Below are positions 57,101-64,000 of a stretch of DNA of 64,000 bases, in pieces. A program made the translations under genes and the position numbers. The stretch comes from Candidatus Nomurabacteria bacterium (GTDB lineage Bacteria > Patescibacteriota > Minisyncoccia > Phycocordibacterales > UBA9973): the NCBI GenBank assembly GCA_026396065.1, contig JAPLXO010000004.1, positions 18,387-82,386 of the forward strand, read 5' to 3'. Each line of letters opens with the position of its first letter. Position 1 is the first letter of the stretch. The notes under the pieces were generated by a model, which was given only the letters and a program-made list of their open reading frames with translations, was not told where the DNA came from and did no database searches.

Positions 57101-57997
57101 CCACTCGACTGCCCAATATTAAGAATTAATCCAATACAAAATCAATCTGTTGTAGTGGGTCAAACAGATGTTTTCAATGTCACTTCTTGTGGATCAAACG
57201 GAGAAACAGTCACATATTCTGCTACAGGATTACCGACAAATGCTACACTCACTCCAGCTGGATATTTTTCTTGGACACCAGTTGCAAGTCAAATTAATAT
57301 TTACAATATTACAATTAATGCAAGGACACCAAACCAAGATACAGTAACAACAAGAGTGCACATCAGTGTCACATTGCCAAGTGTGGGAATCGCTGACAAT
57401 GGAACAATAAGTGGATGTGTAGACACAAATGGAATACTTACTGATTGTATTATTACTGGAGGAGTAAATATTGATGGTACACTTACTGTGACTGTAAATG
57501 GAATAACTTATGTAAATACTGGTGGATCAAATACAAACGGAGTTACTACAGGGGGGACTACAGTAATAATATCTGTAAATGGAAATAGAACTGGAATGCT
57601 AGGAACACCGGGAACAATAGTACCAGCTATTGGTGCAGTAGCTATTCCACCTATAGATGATGTGGTGGGATATCAAGAAGGAATCGAAAATGTTTTCTAT
57701 AGACAAATAGTAGGTAATATTCCTTTTGCAAAACTGTACGGATATAGAGATGGAAATGATTTAAACGTCTTTGCTGGAATTCTTTCTCACACATTCGCAC
57801 AAATGTTTGGTTATGTGAATGGAGGCGGAAGAGAAATTCGAGTTAGTATTGCAAACATTGCTGCATACAGATTAGGATTCAAAAATGGTAGTCTAGCTGT
57901 TTATGAATATTATGACAACCATTTAACAGGTATATCTACACTTACAAGAAACTTCAAGAGTGCTTTTGACTACGAGTACTATTTCAAAAAGAAATAA
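54146..57997 (+). CDS. Giant surface protein (1283 aa) with an N-terminal TM/signal, a Gly/Ser linker and at least six repeated putative-Ig-like domains.
   Basis: Repeats of the form CGSNGQAVTYTATGLPAGATLSSSGIFSWNT, resembling He_PIG putative Ig domains. A 92-nt exact DNA repeat occurs at 55637-55728 and 56876-56967. Confidence 0.65.
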   Translation: MKNIYKKIILALIVIIVVTLSINKIANATGEPLVVTDPATEQTPTTMKVHGSVINTNLEHPYLWFEVSQSQTDLLSGLNPQAVYVNVVGLPSYSMIAPPVYSITLGNIFFNLTPNTIYYFRFCASNQYGTYCASPLSTATLVGNSGGGSGGSGGGNQNNAPVNISNVTTYAPAQSVTDTSAILHGSATVTGGGNSSGYFRYSKVTIPPISCNDIFGSEMVATREVSLADWVNGSDFYKSIPDTSFSSNSTANNLEPNTKYAYCAIVSNDAPNNTGRPPQIRYGGVQTFTTLPCPLNNPTCQSIIINTDDPFVVNSSSVNLNGSYNSNKAIKTWFEYKKDTDSSWISTPKNLNQAQSAGEYNANLSSLTASTLYNVRAAAEEYTNGVLVPPIYYGDVVNFQTAEPDGPGVIVGGPEDGATYIPVYNNDDGLVNDIGLDNGSGLDNNNGNGNDNGNGLGSDNGNGNAGGESSQCPTLTLANVPNQTVQTGSILSFSNYACGSNGQAVTYTATGLPAGATLSSSGIFSWNTGALPIPAINTYTFTINASAHAVSSTGATTTTIVYAAPITVTVDVVPVPPDCSTLRINSIESQTIFLGQTGIFNMSSCGANGQTVTYLPTNGLPSGAVLTPAGAFSWTPLASQINVYNVTISASTPTQDPVSITVHINVSQFNSSGGGGGGGQCTRLALSAIGIQTVQAGSSLAFSAYACGSNGETVTYRATNLPSGATFTPDGIFSWNTDEDQVDSYAIVISADTPSQYAAPVTVQIIVTEIPLDCPVLKINPIQTQNVTAGQNVAFYATVCGDNGEVVTYTMTDLPDGAGYSQQAGLFLWTPTTNQANSTGYNVKVNANTNTQDATEKIVHINVAPAMNGLGNNNGSTGGDNSSQCTTLTLANIPNQTVQAGSGLSFSAYACGSNGQAVTYTATGLPAGATLSSSGIFSWNTTTQQVGTYTFTIGASAHAVNSMGASTSTIIYATPITVTIDVTPIPLDCPILRINPIQNQSVVVGQTDVFNVTSCGSNGETVTYSATGLPTNATLTPAGYFSWTPVASQINIYNITINARTPNQDTVTTRVHISVTLPSVGIADNGTISGCVDTNGILTDCIITGGVNIDGTLTVTVNGITYVNTGGSNTNGVTTGGTTVIISVNGNRTGMLGTPGTIVPAIGAVAIPPIDDVVGYQEGIENVFYRQIVGNIPFAKLYGYRDGNDLNVFAGILSHTFAQMFGYVNGGGREIRVSIANIAAYRLGFKNGSLAVYEYYDNHLTGISTLTRNFKSAFDYEYYFKKK

Positions 57998-58041
57998 ATT
58001 CCTTTCAAAACATAAATATAGTATAATAGATACATAATTTA

Positions 58042-60648
58042 ATGAGAAAAAATTTTGTAGCAAAAATAGTAATATCATTTATTGCACTAGGCATTTTCTT
58101 ATTACCAATTTCTGCAACTTTTCAAAATTCTAATGGTATTCTTGCTGTAAAATCAAAAACAAATATTGCATTGGCAGATCCTTCTACTGTAGATTGGTGG
58201 TATGAATACAATACTGCTGCTGGAGTAGATACTATTGTCGGACCAAATAATAAAGCAGATTGTCTTAGTGATTATGGGCTCACTGTAGTAGGAGGGGCAT
58301 CACCAGTACGAACTTGTTTTGAATCAGCATCCACGCCTACATTAACGAGTACGCAATTAGTAACTACAGAATCTTGCCCACAAGGACAAGAGGGAACACC
58401 ACCAAACTGTAAAAAAATTATTCCAAAAAGTTATAGTTTGGGTTGTTCTTTGACAGATGGATGGGATGGAATTGGTGGATGTATTGCAGCTTTGACATAC
58501 TATGTTGTTTTCGTACCTGCAGCAGCCCTTGCAAGACTGGCTGGTTATTTTTTAGATTTCTTTGTTTATTATTCTACGAATAGCTCGTCTTATACAAATG
58601 GTTTTATTTCTACTGGTTGGGCTGTGGTACGCGATATTGCAAATATATTTTTTATAATTGCCCTTTTGTATGTGGCAATAAAAACAATATTAGGAATGGG
58701 TCATGATGGAAAGAAAATGATTGGTTATATTGTAGTCGTCGCACTTTTAATAAATTTTTCTTTATTTTTTACTCAAGTCATAATCGATGGATCAAATATC
58801 TTAGCAAAGGTATTTTACAATCACATAACAAATATAGATAAAAATGGTAAACCGCTAGATCCTAACATGGGAGCTGCTGGAGGACAAAAATCTATCTCTG
58901 TTAGTATTGTTGCAGGATTCAACCCAAAAGACATAATTGATGAAGAGTCATATCATAGTGTAGGTAGCGCAGACGGTACAGGTGGAATAGGTATGTTTAT
59001 TTTTATTACATTACTGGCTGCGGCACTTTGTGTTTATATTGCATTTATATTTTTTAGTGTTGGGCTCTTATTTGTAGGTAGAGTGGTGGCTCTTTGGATA
59101 TCTATGATTTTTTCTCCTTTAGCTTTTGCATCTTACACAATGCCTATTGATATCCCTGGATTTGGACACAAAGAATGGTGGAAAGAACTTTTGAGTAATG
59201 CATTTTTAGCACCATTATTTATATTCATGCTTTATATTATTTTACTTTTCATTGAAGGATTAAAGAAAATAACTTATGGCACAGCTGATCCAAACGCAAC
59301 TTTTTTTGATAAAGCAATGCATGTGATAATACCATTTATCATTATTGTCGTTCTTCTTATGAAAGCAAAAGAGTTGGCAATAAAATATTCTGGAGAAATG
59401 GGAGCTATGTTTGCAAAAGCTGGTGGAGCTATCAGTGGAGCAGTAGTCGGTGGTGCAATTGGTGTCGGTGCATTAGCAGCTAGATCTACTTTGGGTAGAG
59501 CAAGTAATGCACTAGGAAATTCAAAAATGATGCAGACATGGGAAGCAAAAGGTTGGGGTGGCGGTGCTGTACGAAAAATGTTTGAAAAGGGTGGAAAGGC
59601 TAGCTTTGATGTTCGTGGAACAGGACTTACTAGCGGTGTAGGTAGTGCGGCAAAAGGTGGCTTTGCAGGAGCTAAAGAAAGACAAATTGCAGAAAGGTTG
59701 AATAGAGCAAAATCTTTGGAGGCAGGAGAAAATAGTAAAGAAAAACAAGATGTTTACAAAGCACAAGCAGCTGTGAAGGAAGCAGAAGCAAATCCAAAAG
59801 TACAAGAAGAAATCCGACAAGCAAATATTGTTATTAAGAATGCAGATATTGCTATTGATGCTCAGAAAGAAAAAGTGGCAGATGCAGAGAAGAAGGTAGC
59901 AGATGCAGATAAAGATATTAAAGAAGGAGAAAATGATATTGCAGACGGAGAAAGACAGGCAAAAGTCGTAAGTGATCAACTTGGTAAACTTACTAAGGCC
60001 GACCTTGATGGTGAAAAGGGAAATGAACTAAGAGCAGAACTAGAAGCAGCTAAAAATAAAATGAAGGGTGGTCAATCTAAGAAAGATGCAGCAAGAGAAT
60101 TAAAAGAAAAACCAGGAGGTTTGTTGGAACAATTGAAAACAGAAAAAGCTGAACTAAAACGATTAGACCAAGAACAGAACGGAAATAAAGGTGAAATGGC
60201 AAATGCTCAGAAACTTATTACATCAGGTGAGGCAGATATGGCAGCAGCAGGAAATGACTCAGCAAGAAAAGCTGCAGCTCAAGCAAAAATAGATGCAGGT
60301 AAGGCGGCAATGGCACTTGCAGACGGAAACAGAGGAAAACTAAAGAGAGCAGAAAAACCAATTGAAGATGCAAAATTAGCAGAGAAAAAAGCTAAATTAA
60401 TACTGGAAACACATAATATAGAGATAAGACAAGTATATGCTACTACTACAGAGAGTGATCTTCATCAAATTATATCTGTAATTTCTGGAGAAAGTACTGA
60501 TGCAAATACTGAGTCTGCAAACAAGATAAGGGCACAGTTTAGTGGAGGTGGAAGCCACTCATCACCAACACCTGCACCAGCAGCAAAACCGACAGTATCT
60601 GCACCAGCAGCAAAAGTAACAGTAAAAGCAGATGATCATCATAAGTAA
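58042..60648 (+). CDS. Polytopic membrane protein with a long charged C-terminal coiled-coil. Candidate VirB6/TrbL-like T4SS channel component.
   Basis: Signal/TM1, then ~8 TM helices between residues ~150 and 480, then a ~390-aa hydrophilic K/E/A-rich tail. The architecture matches VirB6-like proteins of Gram-positive-type T4SS (e.g. TcpH-like). Lies near PrgI-like and VirB4 genes. Confidence 0.5.
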   Translation: MRKNFVAKIVISFIALGIFLLPISATFQNSNGILAVKSKTNIALADPSTVDWWYEYNTAAGVDTIVGPNNKADCLSDYGLTVVGGASPVRTCFESASTPTLTSTQLVTTESCPQGQEGTPPNCKKIIPKSYSLGCSLTDGWDGIGGCIAALTYYVVFVPAAALARLAGYFLDFFVYYSTNSSSYTNGFISTGWAVVRDIANIFFIIALLYVAIKTILGMGHDGKKMIGYIVVVALLINFSLFFTQVIIDGSNILAKVFYNHITNIDKNGKPLDPNMGAAGGQKSISVSIVAGFNPKDIIDEESYHSVGSADGTGGIGMFIFITLLAAALCVYIAFIFFSVGLLFVGRVVALWISMIFSPLAFASYTMPIDIPGFGHKEWWKELLSNAFLAPLFIFMLYIILLFIEGLKKITYGTADPNATFFDKAMHVIIPFIIIVVLLMKAKELAIKYSGEMGAMFAKAGGAISGAVVGGAIGVGALAARSTLGRASNALGNSKMMQTWEAKGWGGGAVRKMFEKGGKASFDVRGTGLTSGVGSAAKGGFAGAKERQIAERLNRAKSLEAGENSKEKQDVYKAQAAVKEAEANPKVQEEIRQANIVIKNADIAIDAQKEKVADAEKKVADADKDIKEGENDIADGERQAKVVSDQLGKLTKADLDGEKGNELRAELEAAKNKMKGGQSKKDAARELKEKPGGLLEQLKTEKAELKRLDQEQNGNKGEMANAQKLITSGEADMAAAGNDSARKAAAQAKIDAGKAAMALADGNRGKLKRAEKPIEDAKLAEKKAKLILETHNIEIRQVYATTTESDLHQIISVISGESTDANTESANKIRAQFSGGGSHSSPTPAPAAKPTVSAPAAKVTVKADDHHK

Positions 60649-60674
60649 AAAAGTAAACAGTAACAAACAAATTT

Positions 60675-61142
60675 ATGACAGAAGAATTAAAACAAAAAAT
60701 TAAAGAGCAATTGTTAACACTACCAAAAGACTCTCAGCAAGCATTGGAATCTTTCGATTGGATTTTAGAAACAGAAAAGATAGCAAAGGAACACAATATA
60801 CCTGAAGAAAATTCAAGTAAAATAGCCACGGAAATCGTTCTGATTTTGTGCAGATATGAATATAGTGGAGCTTTAGCTGATAATATAGCAGAAAATGTAA
60901 GTATAAATAAAAAAGAAGCAGAAGAGATTACACAAAAGATATTAAAAAGAATTTTAAAACCAATAAGTGACAAAAGAATTGAAATAATTAAACAAAACAT
61001 AAAAACAAAAATTCCTACTTGGGATAAATGGATGAAATTTGTACTGTCTGGTGGAGATTATTCTGTTTTTGGTGATAGCCAATTTTCTAAAACAATGATA
61101 GAACCAAAATTAATAAATACAAGGGGAAACCTTGTGATATAA
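60675..61142 (+). CDS. Hypothetical cytoplasmic protein (155 aa), paralogous at its N-terminus to the next gene.
   Basis: LPKDSQQALESFDW versus LPEETRQSIDNVDW in the 61150 ORF. Confidence 0.45.
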   Translation: MTEELKQKIKEQLLTLPKDSQQALESFDWILETEKIAKEHNIPEENSSKIATEIVLILCRYEYSGALADNIAENVSINKKEAEEITQKILKRILKPISDKRIEIIKQNIKTKIPTWDKWMKFVLSGGDYSVFGDSQFSKTMIEPKLINTRGNLVI

Positions 61143-61149
61143 TAAATAT

Positions 61150-61980
61150 ATGATAATGGATTTATTACAAATAAAGATCGAGAAGGCAAAGGCATTATTG
61201 CCAGAAGAAACAAGACAATCAATAGACAATGTTGATTGGAGACAAGCAATCTTAGATATAAAAACAAAAAAAGGTTTTAATTTAGACCAATTGGAAAACC
61301 TAGAAATAGAAACAGAGCTTCTTCTTTGTGGTCTTTTAGACCCAAAAGAATATCCAAAACAACTTCAAAGTAAACTTGGAATTACAGATAATGAAGCTCA
61401 AGAGTTGGTAAATGACATGAATGAACACGCTTTCAAAAAAATTCGTGATGAATTTATGAAAATTACCGATAAACAAAATACAGAATTATTAAAACACAGA
61501 GCTGAAATAGCAAAAGAAATCCCTGTAGAAAAAATTCCAATTAAAATAGTTACACCAGATCAAACACAGACAAAAGAAGATACATCCATTTTAAAAACAG
61601 CTGGAATAGAAATAACCCCGGCTTCTTTTAAGAAAGAAGTAGCTAGTGACATATCAGAAAAAAGAGATGATATGATAAAAGATTTAGAGCAACCAGAATT
61701 GATCAATAAACAAGAAGTAAAAACAAAAATAGGAATAGAAACAATAAATAAAATATTACCGACAATATCAAATTCAAAACTTTCTGGAAGCTTTCAAATA
61801 CCGACAGCAAAGACAGAGTACTCACTAGGTAATATGACAAAAAACACAGAAATAAAAGAGTTGACTCCAAATAAAAATCTAGCTGAAATGGAGATATCTA
61901 CACCAAAAGAAAACACAATCACAAGACCGAAAATACCAGGAGTTGACCCGTACTTGATGCCGATAGATGACGAAAAATAG
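61150..61980 (+). CDS. Hypothetical protein (276 aa), N-terminal paralog of the 60675 ORF.
   Basis: ORF in the T4SS-like cluster. Confidence 0.45.
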   Translation: MIMDLLQIKIEKAKALLPEETRQSIDNVDWRQAILDIKTKKGFNLDQLENLEIETELLLCGLLDPKEYPKQLQSKLGITDNEAQELVNDMNEHAFKKIRDEFMKITDKQNTELLKHRAEIAKEIPVEKIPIKIVTPDQTQTKEDTSILKTAGIEITPASFKKEVASDISEKRDDMIKDLEQPELINKQEVKTKIGIETINKILPTISNSKLSGSFQIPTAKTEYSLGNMTKNTEIKELTPNKNLAEMEISTPKENTITRPKIPGVDPYLMPIDDEK

Positions 61981-62013
61981 TAACTAGACAATAAAACCTA
62001 GAAACTAATTAAT

Positions 62014-62460
62014 ATGCAATTTAAAGTACCACAATTTTTAGATATAGAAGATAAAATATTTGGTCCATTTACCTTTAGACAATTTGCGTACTTAGCAGGA
62101 GGTGGTGGATTATGTTTTGTCATATACAGAGCATTACCTTGGTATTTTGCTATTTTTTTAATTTTACCACTTGCAGGCCTTTCTTTAATGCTAACGTTTT
62201 ATAAAATAAACAACAAGCCTTTCCTTAATGTAATAGAATCAGCTTTCAAATATGCTTTTGCAAGTAAACTCTACATTTGGAAAAGAAGAATGAAAAAGAA
62301 AGAAGATCAAGAAAAAGAAGCGCAAGTAGCGGAAGATAAAAAAATAGAAATGCGAGGTGCTACACCGCTTGGAACAAGCAGATTAAAAGATTTATCTTGG
62401 AGTTTAGATGTATTAGATGTAAAAAAGGGGAATGAAGATGAATTAAAAAACACACAATAA
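62014..62460 (+). CDS. Small two-TM membrane protein, PrgI/VirB3-like candidate.
   Basis: 148 aa. N-terminal FLDIEDKIFGPFTFRQFAYLAGGGGLCFVIY...YFAIFLILPLAGLSLMLTFY hairpin. Immediately upstream of VirB4, the usual position of VirB3/PrgI. Confidence 0.4.
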   Translation: MQFKVPQFLDIEDKIFGPFTFRQFAYLAGGGGLCFVIYRALPWYFAIFLILPLAGLSLMLTFYKINNKPFLNVIESAFKYAFASKLYIWKRRMKKKEDQEKEAQVAEDKKIEMRGATPLGTSRLKDLSWSLDVLDVKKGNEDELKNTQ

Positions 62461-62464
62461 TTAT

Positions 62465-63130
62465 ATGGCATTATCAGCAAAAGCAACTCAAGAGTTTGTA
62501 CCTATCAAGGAAGTCCGTGATGGTATTGTAGTTATGAAAGATGGTCAATTGCGAGCCATCGTTTTAGCTAATTCCACAAACCTTTCTTTAAAATCTGAAG
62601 AAGAACAAAAGGCTACAATAATGCAATTCCAGTCTTTTCTAAATACAATCGACTTTCCAATACAAATAGTAGTGCAATCTAGACGCCTAGACATAAGACC
62701 ATATTTACTTCTTTTAGAAAACAGAATGAAAGCTCAGACAGAACCATTACTTAAAATACAAACAAAGGAATATATGCAGTTCATAAGAAATTTTACTGAA
62801 ACCACAAACATAATGACAAAAAATTTCTTCATCATAGTTCCATATAGTGTGGAAAAAATGGTGACTAGTAGTAGTGGAGGAATTTTTAGTAGATTTTTTT
62901 CTAAACAAACCAAGGCAATGGAAAAGGAAGCTCAAACAAAAGATTTTGAAGAAAAAAGATCTCAGCTTGATCAGAGAATAGGTGTGATAGAGCAAGGTTT
63001 GGCACGATGCGGTATTAAATCAGTAGAACTTGGTACAGAAGAAGTGGTAGAAGTATTTTATAAAGTATTTAATCCAGGAGAAATAGAGGGTAAGATAAAT
63101 TTAAGCCAAGGAGAAGAAAAAAAGCTATAA
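62465..63130 (+). CDS. virB4: VirB4/TrbE-family N-terminal segment (221 aa) as a separate ORF, ending in a double stop TAA TAA.
   Basis: FVPIKEVRDGIVVMKDGQLRAIVLANSTNLSLKSEEEQKATIMQFQSFLNTIDFPIQIVVQSRRLD matches the conserved N-terminus of Gram-positive VirB4 homologues (TraE/PrgJ/TrsE type). Confidence 0.6.
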   Translation: MALSAKATQEFVPIKEVRDGIVVMKDGQLRAIVLANSTNLSLKSEEEQKATIMQFQSFLNTIDFPIQIVVQSRRLDIRPYLLLLENRMKAQTEPLLKIQTKEYMQFIRNFTETTNIMTKNFFIIVPYSVEKMVTSSSGGIFSRFFSKQTKAMEKEAQTKDFEEKRSQLDQRIGVIEQGLARCGIKSVELGTEEVVEVFYKVFNPGEIEGKINLSQGEEKKL

Positions 63131-63152
63131 TAAAACAAACAGTTATAAATAT

Positions 63153-64000
63153 ATGGGAATTTTAGATAAATTATTAGGAAGAAAAACTAGCGGAAAAGAT
63201 GCTGTAAAAGCATCTGTTTTACCAGTACTACCCCAAGAAATATATGAGTCAGCTGTTATGGAGCTTCAAGATATTATTGCTCCTTCAGCTTTAAAAATAG
63301 AACCAAAAGCATTAAACTTAGGGGATAAAATCGCTAGAACTTTTTTTGTCATTTCTTATCCTAGATTTCTAACAGAAAATTGGTTTTCTCCAATTATAAA
63401 CTTGGATAAAGTTTTTGATGTAGCAATTTTTATACACCCAATAGATACTTCTCTAGCTTTAAGACAATTTCAAAAGAAAGTTGCCGAAGTGCAAAGTCAG
63501 ATTAATGAACGTGAATCAAAAGGAATGGTGCGTGATCCAATGCTCGATACAGCAAACCAAGATCTCGAAGGTCTTCGAGACAGCTTGATGCAAGCACAAG
63601 AAAAAATGTTTGATGTTGGATTATACATCACAATATATGCTGATAATGACCTAGAACTTTTTAAAATTGAAAGTGAGATAAAATCTATTCTAGAATCAAA
63701 ACTTATTTATTTAAAACCAGCATTATTCCAACAAGATGATGGTTTTAAGAGTATTATTCCACTAGGCAACGATCTTTTGAGTGTTCACCAAAAATTAAAT
63801 TCAGAACCACTTTCTAGTATTTTTCCATTCGTTTCTTTCGACTTAACATCTGATAAAGGAATACTATATGGATTAAATAGACACAATTCATCTATGGTTA
63901 TTTTTGATAGATTTTCATTAGAAAATTACAATTCCGTAACTTTTGCAAAATCTGGATCTGGAAAATCTTATTGTACAAAGTTAGAAATCTTGCGTAGTTT
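63153..64000 (+). CDS. virB4: VirB4/TrbE-family conjugal-transfer ATPase, C-terminal portion (partial: Walker A reached, runs off the window).
   Basis: IFPFVSFDLTSDKGILYGLNRHNSSMVIFDRF...NSVTFAKSGSGKSY is the pre-Walker-A region plus the Walker A of VirB4. The ATG at 63153 is in the +1 frame relative to the upstream fragment. Confidence 0.75.
   Translation, partial: MGILDKLLGRKTSGKDAVKASVLPVLPQEIYESAVMELQDIIAPSALKIEPKALNLGDKIARTFFVISYPRFLTENWFSPIINLDKVFDVAIFIHPIDTSLALRQFQKKVAEVQSQINERESKGMVRDPMLDTANQDLEGLRDSLMQAQEKMFDVGLYITIYADNDLELFKIESEIKSILESKLIYLKPALFQQDDGFKSIIPLGNDLLSVHQKLNSEPLSSIFPFVSFDLTSDKGILYGLNRHNSSMVIFDRFSLENYNSVTFAKSGSGKSYCTKLEILRS

Noticed and set aside
1-64000. CRISPR arrays and rRNA genes.
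   Set aside because: No regularly spaced direct repeats with unique spacers and no rRNA-like conserved segments were seen. The only tandem repeats are the mini-palindromes near DUF559 and the intragenic Ig-domain repeats.

Overview
This is a 64 kb AT-rich (~30-33 % GC by eye) bacterial chromosomal segment. Its gene content (short housekeeping proteins, many secreted and membrane hypotheticals, a Gram-positive-type T4SS-like module) resembles Candidate Phyla Radiation / Patescibacteria genomes, but this assignment is inference only.

Recognised housekeeping genes:
- ppa, tig, clpP, rny, hup, a sigma-70 factor, cca, murI, xth, a Xer tyrosine recombinase, plsC, rpsO, pnp, comM, a PcrA/UvrD helicase and rsmA/ksgA
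- a PepD-like M20 peptidase, a PgeF/YfiH-like protein, YraN and an M23/LysM peptidase
- five tRNAs: Gly-TCC, Pro-TGG, Arg-TCG, Gly-GCC and an abnormally long 124-nt Leu-TAG-like gene.

Accessory content:
1. A complete RAYT (REP-associated IS200-like Y1 transposase) flanked by inverted GC-rich REP hairpins, plus a solo REP copy.
2. A DUF559 (Vsr-like endonuclease fold) gene bracketed by a second family of G/C palindromic mini-repeats. It sits in a ~2.2 kb islet between rpsO and pnp, and one copy of the same repeat is inserted in-frame inside rsmA/ksgA.
3. Short duplicated tRNA-end fragments ~90-155 bp from three tRNA genes, consistent with att-site scars.
4. A cytoplasmic 577-aa protein with ~55 cysteines and duplicated terminal zinc ribbons, flanked by two TrmB-type regulator paralogs.
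5. A higher-GC (~43-45 %) segment carrying a consensus sigma-70 promoter and a lipoprotein-like gene.
6. A T4SS-like (conjugation / DNA-uptake type) cluster at the 3' end, about 49.7 kb to >64 kb. It contains giant secreted and Ig-repeat surface proteins, a VirB6/TrbL-like polytopic membrane protein, a PrgI/VirB3-like protein, and a VirB4 ATPase that appears split into two ORFs and runs off the window. The T4SS-like module may continue upstream into an LD-transpeptidase-like protein and a 1469-aa membrane/coiled-coil protein.

No rRNA or CRISPR array was found. Two long ORFs run off the window edges and are absent from the supplied ORF track.
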